Below, piece after piece: positions 12,530-26,659 of a stretch of DNA of 64,000 nucleotides (position 1 is its first letter; each line of letters opens with the position of its first letter). The stretch is taken from assembly GCF_006345805.1 (NCBI RefSeq), contig NC_042997.1:102920001-102984000 (forward strand). The letters are read 5' to 3'. The notes under the pieces are model-generated. The model did not search any database and was not told the origin of the DNA. It was given only the letters and a program-made list of their open reading frames with translations. Origin of the DNA: Octopus sinensis (Eukaryota). Made by a program: the position numbers and the translations under genes.

Positions 12530-12950
12530 TTATAAGGGCACTAATGAGTAGAGCAACATGCCAGAAATAGACACCAAATGTCTCTAAGAACTACATTATT
12601 TACCACATTGGTACGGTCTGAAAGCGAGGGAAGTGAACAAAAAAGATTTTTTAAAAAGGGTTTAACCATAGACCGATTTCTAGTTTCGGGATGCAATATG
12701 CACTTGTGGATACATGAGTCATATGGGTATGCATAAATGTTTATAATTATGCGCAATGAGTTGTAACATACTGATGAGAGTAAAGGGAGTTACTTCCCTA
12801 AACTAGAAATCGATCTCAGGTTAAACCCTTTAAAAAAATCTTTTTGTTCACTTCCCTCGCTGTCAGCCCGTGCCAATTTGGTAATGTAGTTCTTAGAACC
12901 ATTTGGCGTCTATTTCTAGAATGTGGTGCTACTCATTTGTGCCCTTATTA
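12530..12950. mobile_element. Fold-back pLTR cassette (about 160-bp diverged arms); duplicated at 13705-14125
   Basis: 12531-12691 is the reverse complement of about 12795-12950. Confidence 0.75.
12770..12816 (+). ncRNA. Hammerhead-like motif (copy at 13945-13991)
   Basis: A CUGAUGA GAGU..AGGGAG UUA CUUCCCU..ACUA GAAAU CG AU C U. Palindromic stem III AUCGAU; stem I is weak and there is a G-A mismatch at the base of stem II. Confidence 0.5.
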
Positions 12951-12966
12951 TCGTTATATTTTGTGA

Positions 12967-13283
12967 GGGCGCGTGGCTTAGTGGTTAGGGCATTCGGCTC
13001 ATGATCGTAAGGTTGTGAGTTCGATTCCCGGCGACGCGTTGTGTCCTTGAGCAAGACACTTTATTTCACGTTGCTCCAGTCCACTCAGCTGGCAAAAATG
13101 AGTTGTACTTGTATTCCAAAGGGTCAGCCTTGTCACTCTCTGTGTCACGCTGATTATCCCCGAGAACTACGTTAAGGGTACACGTGTCTGTGGAATGCTC
13201 AGCCATTTGCACGTTAATTTCACGAGCAAGCTGTTCCGCTGATCGTATCAGCTGGGACCCTCGTCGTCGTAACCGGCGGAGTC
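12967..13283 (+). mobile_element. tRNA-derived CORE-type SINE, family C (copy at 14142-14456)
   Basis: GGGCGCGTGGCTTAGTGG (A box), GAGTTCGATTCCC (B box), CORE-like TGTGTCCTTGAGCAAGACACTTTA. Flanking direct repeat ATCGTTATATTT. Confidence 0.9.
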
Positions 13284-13536
13284 AAAGTCAAAGATCGTTA
13301 TATTTATATAATTATATATTTTGTATTAATTGTTACCTATATGGTTTTATTACATGCTGGCTACTTGATAAAATCTTTACAAGATTTTATCCTTGAACAT
13401 ACATATATACACGTATATATATATATGCACAAACACATACATATATATACATATTTACATAAAGAAACACACACACCACACACACACCACACAGACGCAC
13501 ACACACAGACGCACACACAGACGCACACACACACAG

Positions 13537-13570
<34 letters not shown>

Positions 13571-13635
13571 GCACATACACTCAGACGCACACATACACGC
13601 AAACACACACGTACACACGTACACTCACATGTGTT

Positions 13636-13699
<64 letters not shown>

Positions 13700-14946
13700 T
13701 ATCCTTATAAGGGCACTAATGAGTAGAGCAACATGCCAGAAATAGACACCAAATGTCTCTAAGAACTACATTATTTACCACATTGGTACGGTCTGAAAGC
13801 GAGGGAAGTGAACAAAAAAGATTTTTTAAAAAGGGTTTAACCATAGACCGATTTCTAGTTTCGGGATGCAATATGCACTTGTGGATACATGAGTCATATG
13901 GGTATGCATAAATGTTTATAATTATGCGCAATGAGTTGTAACATACTGATGAGAGTAAAGGGAGTTACTTCCCTAAACTAGAAATCGATCTCAGGTTAAA
14001 CCCTTTAAAAAAATCTTTTTGTTCACTTCCCTCGCTGTCAGCCCGTGCCAATTTGGTAATGTAGTTCTTAGAACCATTTGGCGTCTATTTCTAGAATGTG
14101 GTGCTACTCATTTGTGCCCTTATTATCGTTATATTTTGTGAGGGCGCGTGGCTTAGTGGTTAGGGCATTCGGCTCATGATCGTAAGGTTGTGAGTTCGAT
14201 CCCGGCGACGCGTTGTGTCCTTGAGCAAGACACTTTATTTCACGTTGCTCCAGTCCACTCAGCTGGCAAAAATGAGTTGTACTTGTATTCCAAAGGGTCA
14301 GCCTTGTCACTCTCTGTGTCACGCTGATTATCCCCGAGAACTACGTTAAGGGTACACGTGTCTGTGGAATGCTCAGCATTTGCACGTTAATTTCACGAGC
14401 AAGCTGTTCCGCTGATCGTATCAGCTGGGACCCTCGTCGTCGTAACCGGCGGAGTCAAAGTCAAAGATCGTTATATTTATATAATTATATATTTTGTATT
14501 AATTGTTACCTATATGGTTTTATTACATGCTGGCTACTTGATAAAATCTTTACAAGATTTTATCCTTGAACATACATATATACACGTATATATATATATG
14601 CACAAACACATACATATATATACATATTTACATAAAGAAACACACACACACACACATAAATAAATATGCATACATCCATACAAGACTTCTCGGTTGCTGT
14701 GTAAAACTCGCCCACAGGTTTTTTTTATAACATGTAAAGCTCTATCTGTATTGTGCTATTACTTTTATTGTATGTTTTATGTGTTCATAGTTTTATATAT
14801 CAATATCTTTTAATCGGTGTATTTCATTTTATTGGTTTTTGACGAGAAGTGTGACTTCTTTTATGAGAGTACCTAGAATGTAGCAGCGACCTAGATACGT
14901 ATTGTTATTGAGTGACGAGGAGATGAAAACGAGATAGTTATTTAAA

Positions 14947-15056
14947 AATTTATCTGAAGAGGCGTAACATGCACCTGTGATGCAAGAGAATTGATTGGGC
15001 AGCATCTGACCTATGTGGTACAGGTGCAGGAGGAGTCGAAACAATTGTTGCGGATT
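14947..15056 (+). ncRNA. Type I hammerhead with long stem II
   Basis: AAUUUAU CUGAAGA GGC..UGCACCUGU..ACAGGUGCA..GUC GAAAC AAUU GU U GCGGAUU. Palindromic stem III ACAAUUGU. Confidence 0.65.
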
Positions 15057-15937
15057 TGGATGAAGAATGCTGTAAATTTCATTCCCTGTTTCTGATCTCT
15101 CTCTCTCTCTCACCCACCTCTCTCTATATGTATGCATGTATGTATGTATGTATGTATGTATGTATGTATGTATGTATGTATGTATGTATGTATGTATGTA
15201 TGTATGTATGTATGTATACACACACACATATAAGATAAGCGTACAGTTTGGAGTCTGTGTGACATCTGTGCACAGAATTATTCATGGGATACCATTTTGA
15301 CAGGTTTAGTCGATCAAATCAACCCCAGCACCTCTTTTCTTTATTCATTTGATACTTATTCTATCCCTTCTTTTAATAAACCACTAAGTTATGGGGACGT
15401 AAACAAACTAACACCGGTAATCAAGTGCGGTGGAGGGGCAAACATACAATGGCACGAACACACACACATACATATATGCATACATAGACACATACTGGAA
15501 TGTGTCACACACACACAGACACACTAGTTTCAGTCTAAGGTCTGCGGCCATGCTGAGGCACCGCCGTTAACTCTCTCTCTCTTATCCTCTCTCTATGTAT
15601 ATATATAAACGTACTTGGAAATGGATGCGTGGTGTTCAATCAAGTAATAATATAATATAATATAATATAATATATATATATATATATATATACAAGATTA
15701 AAAAATGGAGAAATACATCTAAATCAGTTATCAATTACCAGATAATACTCAATCACATACTTTATTAAACCACCACATAAGAGACTGTAGGGTTAAATAT
15801 AAAAAGCAGAACAAATCAGTGTACAGAAAGGAATGTACATAAAAAAGTGTACATAAAAGAGTAATGTTGTATAATAAGTAGAATATATATAAAAGAGAAT
15901 ATAAATATGAGTAAATATAAATATAAGTATAGATTAC

Positions 15938-16064
15938 ATCTTACAGCTGTTTCGGCCATGTCGATATGTATGTCTCATTTTACCAATATTAGCCCTTTAT
16001 GGTTGGTCAAAATATAGATATAAATGAGACATTCACAAAAATATCATAAAGCCTCTTCGGAGAT
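15938..16064 (-). ncRNA. Type I hammerhead (U4C core) in a pLTR-like cassette at about 15690-16495
   Basis: AUCU CCGAAGA GGCU..(long hairpin AUGUCUCAUUU/AAAUGAGACAU)..GGCC GAAAC AGCU GU A AGAU. Confidence 0.7.
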
Positions 16065-16548
16065 TATGTAGACTGAGTTATATTACATAATTTATGGAGG
16101 GTGAAAGTTGAGGACAAATACAGGACAGTGGAGACATACAAGGAAACCCAATGAAAACAATTATGGAGGGTCGTTAGACCAGAACGAAGATAAAATAGCG
16201 AACGCAAGAGAAATATTTTCTTTGATAAGAGAAAAGATACGGAGAGAGATTGGATACGCCCAGTCCTGATCAGGTGAGCAACGAAAGATGATTAGGTGTG
16301 AGCAACGAGAGAGAGAGAGAAAAGGAGAAAGAGGGAGAGAGACAGATAGAAAACGGTGAAGGGGGAAAAAGGGAATTAGAGAAAAGGGTAAGAGAGAAAG
16401 CGATGGGGGAGAAAACATTATAGAGTAGCATGAAAAAGTTTAAGATAAACTTATTTGGAAATGGATGCATAGCGTTCAATCAAATAATAATAAGAATATA
16501 TATATATATATATATATTGCCACCTGTGGGCAATAAAGAAATATGTAT

Positions 16549-16672
<124 letters not shown>

Positions 16673-16679
16673 ATATACA

Positions 16680-17100
16680 TATTTCTTTATTGCTCACAGG
16701 GAGCTAAACATAGAGGGGACAAACAAGGACAGACAAAGGAATTAAGTCGATTATATCGACCCCAGTGCGTAACCGGTACTTAATTTATCGATCCCGAAAG
16801 GATGAAAGGTAAAGTCGACCTCGGTGGAATTTGAACTCAGAACGTAACGGCAGACGAAATATCGCTAAGCATTTCACCCAGCGAGCTAACGATTCTTTCA
16901 GTACGCCGCCGTATACATGTATACCATAGGCACAGATGTGGCTGTGTGGTTAGAAGATTGCTTCCCAACCACATGTTTACGTGTTCAGTCCCACTCCGTG
17001 GCACCATGAGCAAGTTTCTATAACCTCGAGTCTTGCGTGTGGATTTGTGAGATTGAAATTGGCAGAAGACTGTCATATATATATATATATATATATATAG

Positions 17101-17131
<31 letters not shown>

Positions 17132-17184
17132 ATTATATATATATATAGATATATATATATATTATATATATATATATACATACA

Positions 17185-17216
<32 letters not shown>

Positions 17217-17483
17217 CACACACACACACACACATAAATATATATATGTGCATATATATATGCGTATGTGCGTGTATGTGCGTGTCTTTCTATCTCTGTT
17301 CCCTTCCACCACTGATGTTGGTCTGTTTACGTCCCTGTAATTTAACGGTTCGGCAAAAGAGACCGATAGAATAACTACTAGGCTTACAAAGAATTGGTCT
17401 TGGAGTCGATTTCTTCGACTAAAAACCCTTTAAGGAGGTGCTCCAGCATGGCCACAATTATGTGAAATAAGTAAAAGAATAAT

Positions 17484-17517
<34 letters not shown>

Positions 17518-17942
17518 TATTTGTATCTCTTTCTCTCTTTTTACTTGTTTCAGTCATTTTGACTGCGGCCATGCTGGAGCACCGCCTTTAATCGAGCAAC
17601 TCGACCCCGGGACTTATTCTTTGTGCGCCCAGTACTTATTCTATCGGTCTTCGGTCTCTTTTGCCGAACCGCTAAGTGACGGGGACATAAACACACCAGC
17701 ATCGGTTGTCAAGCAATGCTAGAGGGACAAACACAGACACACAAAAACACACACGCATATATATATATATACATATATACGACGGGCTTCTTTCAGTTTC
17801 CGTCTACCAAATCCACTCACAAGGCTTTGGTCGGCCCGAGGCTATAGTAGAAGACACTTGCCGAAGGTGCCACGCAGTGGGACTGAACCCGGAACCATGT
17901 GGCTGGTAAACAAGCTATTTACCACACAGCCACTCCTGCGCC
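16680..17942. mobile_element. SINE cluster: family B (16680-16910, -), family A (16928-17480, +; 17525-17942, -)
   Basis: Homologous to the copies described above. Confidence 0.85.
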
Positions 17943-18052
<110 letters not shown>

Positions 18053-18758
18053 CGATCTACTGAAAGGCAAAGCCAATCTCGGCGGAGTTTGAGCTCAGAG
18101 CATAAAGACGGACGAAATGCCTCCAAGCATTTCATTCAGCGTGCTAACGACACTGCCAGCTCTCTGCCTTCGTCTCCTTACCCATATTGATAACAGTAAT
18201 AAGATTTTAGTTTAATTCATAATTATTCATGCTATTCAAGAGATTCTTCGGAATTTCAGTATTTCCTAAAAGCTCATATTGAACAAAAGATACATTGTGT
18301 TCTTGATACATTTTTCTATCGCTTGTCTTCGTAGCAAAAACAATTTGACAATTGATGCGTGTTATTTTGATGTGTTATCGGTAATGAAATCTGAACCTTA
18401 TGTCTATGCGCGGTTAAAACCTTGCGTATTTTTATGTATTTTTGTGTTTTCTACGCTTCTAAATATTTTAGGCACGTACTTTTGCTTACTTGTACTTATA
18501 TGTTAATATTGCTGTTATTGTTATTGTTGCTCTTCATCTATCTTTAAGTTAGCTATCAATGAATTGGTGTAAGCTTGATGGTATTCTAGCCATTAGCGTC
18601 GGCATGTCTGCGATGTGGTGATGTTTTTGCTGCAGCCAGGTGGCCTGAGTTCGTACCCAGTGCAAGGAACCTTGTTCAAGTGTATTTTATTCTAACCTCG
18701 CCCCGTGTTGATCAATGCATTATGTGGAGAATTTGGTAAACGGTATAGCCAGTCATAA

Positions 18759-19543
18759 GGCGGCGAGCTGGCAGAAACGTTAGCACGTCGGGTGAAATGC
18801 TTAGCAGTATTTCGTCTGTCGTTACGTTCTGAGTTCAAATTCCGCCGAGGTCGACTTTGCCTTTCATCCTTTCGAGGTCGATAAATTAAGTACCAGTTAC
18901 GCACTGGAGTTGATGTAGTCGACTTAATCTGTTTGCCTATCCTTGTTCGTCCCCTCTGTGTTTAGCCCCTTGTGGGTAATAAAGAAATAGGTATTTCGTC
19001 TGCTGCTACGTTCTGAGTTCAAATTCCGCCGAGGTCGACTTTGCCTTTCATCCTTTCGAGGTCGATAAATTAAGTACCAGTTACGCACTGGAGTTGATGT
19101 AGTCGACTTAATCTGTTTGCCTATCCTTGTTCGTCCCCTCTGTGTTTAGCCCCTTGTGGGTAATAAAGAAATAGGTATTTCGTCTGCTGCTACGTTCTGA
19201 GTTCAAATTCCGCCGAGGTCGACTTTGCTTTCATCCTTTCGAGGTCGATAAATTAAGTACCAGTTACGCAGGAGTTGATGTAGTCGACTTAATCTGTTTG
19301 CCTATCCTTGTTCGTCCCCTCTGTGTTTAGCCCCTTGTGGGTAATAAAGAAATAGGTATTTCGTCTGCTGCTACGTTCTGAGTTCAAATTCCGCCGAGGT
19401 CGACTTTGCCTTTCATCCTTTCGAGGTCGATAAATTAAGTACCAGTTACGCACTGGAGTTGATGTAGTCGACTTAATCTGTTTGCCTATCCTTGTTCGTC
19501 CCCTCTGTGTTTAGCCCCTTGTGGGTAGTAAAGAAATAGGTAT
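18759..19543 (+). mobile_element. SINE family B with its 3' 184 bp repeated four times in tandem
   Basis: Units start GTATTTCGTCTG at 18807, 18991, 19175 and 19356. Confidence 0.9.
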
Positions 19544-20357
19544 AACCCGTCATGAGAGAGAGAGAGAGAGAAAGAGTGTGTGTGTGCGTGCGCGCGCGCT
19601 TAATGTGACAATGTTTGCGTTTATGCTTTTCATACAACACTGTAGTTACAAGAATATGCAAAAACAAGAAATCGCTGTAGTGGTAATGGTAGTTAAATAA
19701 ATCAATACAATACAAATCAATAAATAATTACCAGTACCAAAATCCCTATAATTGGCTAAAGGCCCATGGAGGCAGTTCCCTCCTAGCATGTCCGAAGCCA
19801 GTAAAACTAACCAAAATATTCTACTAATTTCTCTGTCTGGTACTACATTGTCCACCATTCTCTACGTTAATCTAACGTCGTTAAGCAAGACTGTTGTACA
19901 AATAATAATTTCAAATTAATAAGGCTCTGTAGAAGAGTTTATCCATCCAAGCGGCTACATAATTTAGGTCGCCAAAGCTATCGTCTTCAAAGGTTAAGTT
20001 TTAAAGTGTCTCAGAGACGTCGGATAACAAGTAAATATGAAGCTTTAGATAAAGTGGTAAAGGTTGCGAAGGTGAAAAATTTGTGTTCATTTCGATTAAC
20101 CCTCAACTATCTGGGTGATCAGTATTCGTCAATTAGTACTTCAAGTATGAAGTGCAGTCTACAAAAAAACAAAACAAAACAAAAAAACAAACAAACAAAA
20201 ACCTCCAAAGAAAAACAAGCTACATTCCATAAAATAGTTATGTTTAGAATTTAGGGCTCTTTTATGAGGTAAGTTACATGACCCCCACTAGTTTAATTTG
20301 TATGCGTGTGTTTGTGAGTGTGTGTGTTTATGTGTGTGTGAGTGGGTATGTGTGAGT

Positions 20358-20406
<49 letters not shown>

Positions 20407-20500
20407 TAGAGAGAGAGAGCAAAAGCGCTTGTGTGCACGCGTATATTTCTTATTTTCAAAGATAGAGGAATTTCTTTTTCTGTGTATGTATGTATGTATG

Positions 20501-20556
<56 letters not shown>

Positions 20557-20601
20557 GTCTGCCTGTCTGTCTGCCTGTCTATCTGTCTGTCTGCCTGTCT
20601 A

Positions 20602-20638
<37 letters not shown>

Positions 20639-20664
20639 ATGATTGCTATTTGTCTGTCTGTCTA

Positions 20665-22091
20665 TCTGCGGCTGCTTTCGGTCCCGTCTTCCGTGGCTGG
20701 ATAGCTGCCTTGTACAGAGGCATCCGTTCGGTAATTCGCGTAAATAGACATCTATCGAGACCTTTCGACATTGCACGTTCGGTCCGTCAGGGATGCCCCC
20801 TCTCGGCGCTTCTATACGTATTGACTCTTGAGCCACTACTGCGGAAGCTAGCGACTCTGAGGGGCATCCCGCGAGAATTGGGATGCGGGACGAGCGTGTC
20901 TGCATAGGCGGACGACGTCACCGTCATAGTGTCAAGCCACGAGCACATCGAGCTGGTCGGCGAGACACTGAAAGACTACGAAGCGGTGACAGGAGCAAAA
21001 ATCAACCGGGAAAAGTCAGTGGGCTTGCGGCTCGGCACCTGGAGAAGCAAGCCCATGCCGTCCACCAGTACCTCCGTCGTGGGACGCTGGACGGACGGCC
21101 CGGTTGAGTTGCTCGGGGTCTGGTTCGGTCCGGACCTCCAAATGGAGAAGAACTGGAACAAGATAACGAGTAGGGTGGTCACTCTCGCCCGGCAATGGGC
21201 CAAGTGGAAACTGTCCCTAAAAGGTCGGGCGGAGGTGGCGAATACGGACATCGCGTCCATCATCTACTACCGCCTGACCGTCGTACCTTGTTCCGACCCT
21301 ACCATCACCAAACTAGAACGCATACTCTTCCGCTTTTTGTGGAAAGGATGTGTCCCGATGGTCAGGCGATCCATTTGCTGTCAACACCCGTTAAAAGGAG
21401 GGCTGGGCATGCCGTGGTTGATGATGCGCAGACACGCGCTGAGACTGCGACATCTCCGGCTCTATGTAGACGACGGTGAACAGGTGTGGTCGCCGTTTGT
21501 GAGGCACGCGTTCCCGCAGCTCGTCTCCATGACCGAACGCAGTCGTGGATCAAAAAGAGGCTGAGGAAGGGCGAATGGCACCGCGAGTGTTGCGTTGCTC
21601 TCAAACAACTCTGCCGTCCCGGGTCGACCTAGAGTGACTTCAACACAACCAAAGCATTCTATAGGGGATTAGTGGAGGGGAAGTACGACGACGATCTTGG
21701 GGCAAACCTGGGCGTCGACGAGGAATACTTGACCCGCCTGTTTGAAACGACTTTCGGGCCGGGACCTATGGACAACTTCCAGAGATTCCTGGCCTGGCAG
21801 TGCTACCGAGAAGCGCTACCCGTTCGGAATAAGCTCTATAGGCTCGAGAAATACGGGGCCGACCTGCTCGAGATGCGGGCAGAGCGACGAAACCGTTCTG
21901 CACGCAATCGTGCAGTGTCCGACAATCTCCGACCTGTGGGCTTATATCGAACGACTGCTGTCACGCGTGGGACGTGTCGGTTTATCAGCCGAGTCTATCG
22001 TTAATATCGTCACGCCTCCTTCCTTCAAACGGGAAGAAAGAGCTATTTTTATCATACTTGTGTGCAGCCCTGTGTGGCTAATAAAGAAACA

Positions 22092-22092
<1 letters not shown>
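20665..22092 (+). mobile_element. L1/Tx1-like LINE, 5'-truncated, inserted in (TCTA)/(TCTG)n
   Basis: SVRQGCPLSALLY, SA*ADDV, TGAKINREKS, KGGLG, CSRCGQSDETVLHAIVQC (zf-RVT-like). 3' end CCTGTGTGGCTAATAAAGAAA. Confidence 0.9.
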
Positions 22093-22176
<84 letters not shown>

Positions 22177-23739
22177 GTCTGTCGGTCTGTCTGTCTATCT
22201 GTTTGTCTACCTATCTATCTATCACACTCACAAATTGATCCCAATGCGCTTCCACTCTCTTCTTCTGATTCCTCCGACATGTCGTCGGACGAAGGCGATA
22301 CAGAAGAATGGCAAATGGCCACCGGAGGTGGGGGGGGGGGGGAGAAGAAAAAGGGAAAGAAAAGGAAAGACGCAATCATTCAAATCAAAAAGAGTTAATA
22401 CTCCCCAAAACACTACTTCCGCACAAAAAACAAGCATTGCCACCAACAATAGAAACACACGAACACCAAATGGCCCCACAAAGTTGACAGCAATAAACAC
22501 AAATAATTCAAACTCATATGTAGTATTCTATTGAAATTTCGTTATTCTGGGACTTTGCTTTCAAAAGTGTATTCAGTAATATTAACACCAATATTTTGAC
22601 CGCTACTCATCTTATGAACTTGGGAAGATAAAATGTAAGTCGACTATGGTAGGATTTGAACTTGAAATTGAAATGTACACACTCAAATGATTTATGAACA
22701 TAGCAGTTAACTTTTAAAAGGAATGTAATATCTATTATCACACCTTTAATTACTCAATCTCCAGTTCATTTTTAGATTAGTTACCATCAGCATGTAATTA
22801 TAATTGTAAATTAATTCGAAATCTTTTTTCATGGCAAACAAAATATAATTCTGCATCACATAAATTGGCTGTCCGCAAAAACTAGAAAATACTCAAGACT
22901 CAACAGCTACTAATACTAAAGAAAGCTCCGGTGAGCGTCACAATAGGGTACTATCTCTACATCCGGATCGGTGCTGTCACTACATGCCCACACAGACATC
23001 CTAGGCCACATCCGAAAAAGGCCACTTTCCCGATTAGTATGAAATCGTTCACTAACACACTTCAACCTCTGGCTCATAGTATCCTTGTATTCACTATTTT
23101 TTCTACTGCTCCTCCTTGGAGCTAACTAATTTCCTCCCAGCTTTGCGCAGGAGGTCTCGATTTGTCCCCTTCCTGTCGTCAATCGTATTATGTCCCACCT
23201 AATCCATAACTGATACATGTGCAAACTTTCCTCTCAAGAACGTCGATTCTCACGAGAATTTCTTCCTTGCACCTATTTTTCTGTTTTCATCAAGTGGCAA
23301 TTTTTTAAGCGGAACATAAATTTCACAGATATGACAAAGCCAACAGAAAACAACATAAAACAATAACAATAACAAAAGCCATCAGCTTTAGTTTATGTAA
23401 TTACATCTTTGGTCCCAAATAGTCGCATGAGTGAATAGTCGGTATTCCAGATACATTAGTTCTTTTATTTATAGATTCCTTTGACATCCAAGCTCCATGA
23501 GTTTGCAAAAACAACAGGGTGATGGATTACATTAATTTAGTCCCTTCCCCTTGAATTCTGCGCATACCGCTAACGAGAGTCTAAATTTCATCTGTTCTGC
23601 TTCAATGGTATAAAATTAATAACTTACTGAGATGAACTTTAAAAAAACCCTATTTTTACTCCACTAAAATGTTTTGAAGAAACTAATGTGACTGACGCCG
23701 TCACGATGTGGATTTTTGGCTGGACTTCGTTGTTCTGCA

Positions 23740-23849
23740 CTCATATTTCATTGCGTCTCTTATCTTCTCATATTTCATTGCGTCTCTTATCTTCTCATAT
23801 TTCATTGCGTCTCTTATCTTCTCATATTTCATTGCGTCTCTTATCTTCT
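23740..23849. repeat. 27-bp minisatellite x4
   Basis: CTCATATTTCATTGCGTCTCTTATCTT repeated exactly four times. Confidence 0.95.
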
Positions 23850-23989
23850 TTTCGTTTTCGTCATTAGATTGAAGCCATGTTGAGGAACAACATGAAGTTT
23901 AGTCGAATGAAAAATATAAGTACTCCAGTACTTATATATTGTAAGCCTGGTACTTATTCCATCAGTGTTTTGTTGAACCGTTAAGCTAA

Positions 23990-26157
23990 GGAGCGGGGGC
24001 ACTGCCGAAGAAAGATCCAAACAATGGGTACATCATAGATAACTTCAGGCCCATCACTCTACTCAACGCAGTTTTGAAGATTTTGGCCAATGTGCTAGCC
24101 GAGAGGTTTGTCATCAAGAAACTGGTCGACAATGCGCAAACATACGTCGTACCGGGCAGGAGTATCTATGACAACCTCTCTCTGATGTGCTACATCATTG
24201 ATAGGGTAGTTTAAGAACCTGGTATGGGTGGGGCGCTGATCAATTTGGATCAATCGAAAGTTTCGATAGGGTCGACTATCGCATCTTGGAGGCAGTCCTT
24301 AAAGCGAATAGTCTCGGTCCCGTCTTCTGCGGTTGGATCGCTGCCTTATATAGCGGCATCCATTTGGTAGTTCGTGTAAATGGTTATCTATCGGGACCAT
24401 TTAACACTACGCGTTCGGTCCGTCAAGTATGCTCCCTCTCGTCGCTACTGTACGTATTGATTCTAGAGCCACTACTGCGGAAGTTGGTGACGCTGAGTGG
24501 CATCCCATGAGAACTGGGTTGCAAGAAGGGCGTGTCTGCATACGCGGACGACGTTACCGTTACACTTTGGAGCCACAGGCATATCGACCTGGATGGTTAT
24601 ACATTGAAAGAATACGAAGCGGTAACGGGAGCGAAAATTAACTCGGAAAAGTCAGTGGACTTGCGGCTCAGCACCTGGAGTGGCAGACCCATGCCGTTCA
24701 ATAGAATCTCCATCCTGGGACACTGGACTGAGGGACAGGTTGAATTGCTCAGTGTCTGGTTCGGACCTCTAAATGGAGAGGAACTGGGATGAGATATCGA
24801 GTAGAGTGGTCACTGTCACCCAGCAATGGTCCGAGAGAAAGCTAGCCCTCTAAGGTCGGGTAGAGGTAGCGAACACGTACATCGCATCTGTCATCTATTA
24901 CCGCCTGACCGTCGTGCCTTGTCCCGGCCCTACTATCACCAAACTGGAACGCATACTCTTCCGCTTTTTGTGGAAGGGAAGCGTTTCGATATTTTGGCGA
25001 TCCATTTGCTGTCAACACCCATTAAATGGAGGGCCGGGCATGTCGTGGTTGATGATGCGCAATCATGCGCTGAGATTACGACATCTCCAGCGCTTGACAG
25101 GCGAAGGTGAACAGATGTGGTGGCCCTTTGTGAGGCACGCTTTCCCGCAGCTCGTCTATTTGGTCGAGCTGCAGTCATGGACTAAACAGAGACCGAGGCT
25201 AGGCGAATGGCACCGCGAGTGCCGCCTTGCTCTCAAGCAACTCTGCCGTCCAGGACCAAACTTGTGCAACTGCAATTCCACGAAGGCGTTCTATAGAGGA
25301 TTAGTGGAATGGAGGTGTGATGACCTTCTTGGGGAGAATCTGGGCGCCGACGAGGAAACCTGACGCACCTGTTCAGGATAACTTTAGGGCCGGGACCTAT
25401 AGACAATCACCAGAGATACCTGGCCTGGCAATGCTATCGCAAAACATTGCCTGTTCGGGATAATCTCTACAGGCACGGCTCGAGATACACCGGACTGACT
25501 TGACCGAGATGCGGTCAGAGCGACGAAACCGTTCTGCACGCAGTCGTGTAGTGTCCAACCATTTCAGACCTGTGGGCTTATGTCGAACGGCTGCTGTCAC
25601 GTGTAGGACGAATTCGGTTATCGACCGAGTCCATAGTGAATATTGCTTCGCCACCTTCTTTAACTGGGAAGGCAAGGCAGTTTTCATTGTACTGGTGGCT
25701 ATGGTGAAAGAATGTGGGTAGTGGACTTGTGCGAAGTCCTAGAGACAAAAACTTGAAAAGTACCGCTTGAAAAGGAAGGTGAGAATAGAGAGGGAAGTTT
25801 TGTCTCATAAAAGTTTCAATAAAAGGGTGGATGAATGTAGCAAAGATGGTACGCGCAAATGACGAAACAACTTTAAGCATGATCCTGTAACTCTAAGAGA
25901 GAGCTTGAGAGTGAGAAAGAGCTTTGCTCTAGTGTGTTTCTTTCCCTGCTTAAGGTTACCGTGGTCTTTTCCGTAGGCTTTTCTTTCCACAGATAAACCT
26001 TTTACATTTTTACGCCGCTTTTTTTCCTGTTTACATGACCTAAACTCTTTCGATGTTTTTTTATCGTTTTTTTTTCTTTTCTTGCTTTCGAAAAGAAAAG
26101 TTCTACATTGTATTGTCCCTTCTGTGTTCGGCCTGTGTGGCTAATAAAGAAAGATAT
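23990..26157 (+). mobile_element. Second, older L1/Tx1-like LINE of the same family
   Basis: NFRPITLLN, DQSK..FDRVD, SVRQVCSLSSLLY, SAYADDV. Same 3' terminus CCTGTGTGGCTAATAAAGAAA, followed by (TATG)n. Confidence 0.9.
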
Positions 26158-26354
26158 TTATGTATGTATGTATGTAGATATGTCCGTCTGTCTGTCTGTC
26201 TTTCTGTATGTATGTATGTATGTATGTATGTATGTATGTATGTATGTATGTATGTATATATTTATGTATGTATGTATGTATGTATGTATGTATGTATGTA
26301 TGTATGTATGTATCTATCTATCTATCTGTCTATCTATCTATCTATCTATCTATC

Positions 26355-26391
<37 letters not shown>

Positions 26392-26659
26392 CGCATGCAT
26401 GTGAATACGTATAAGTATTGAATACGCCATATAACAGAATTTTCGACTTTCATTATTGAACATATTTTTGAGACAAATGAAACTATAAACATCGTAATTA
26501 CAGAGGCAAGAATAATATTATCTTAACAGACATAATGATTATTGAATTTCAAATTACTAGGATGTTATTTACGCATTTCTAAAGAAAAAACACAAAGAGA
26601 AAAAAATACAATTGGATTTAATAAAACTACTACGAATGTTTAGAGCTTTTACCCAATAA

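Larger units (their letters stand above)
12340..14650. repeat. Tandem duplication, about 1175-bp period
   Basis: Position 12541 corresponds to 13716. The copies are nearly identical apart from single-base indels; breakpoints lie in (CA)n tracts. Confidence 0.9.
8530..15650. repeat. Large interrupted inverted duplication: 8530-8915 plus 11135-11690 versus about 14645-15650
   Basis: Direct reverse-complement match with scattered substitutions. The left arm is split by a 2.2-kb pLTR+LINE block. Confidence 0.85.

Noticed and set aside
12967-13040. tRNA gene
   Set aside because: The A and B boxes continue into a CORE-like SINE body and tail with flanking direct repeats and multiple copies; it is a SINE head.
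18807-19543. CRISPR-like or gene-array interpretation of the tandem repeats (also 23740-23849 and 27328-28446)
   Set aside because: The units are contiguous and near-identical with no unique spacers; the context is eukaryotic and there are no cas genes.
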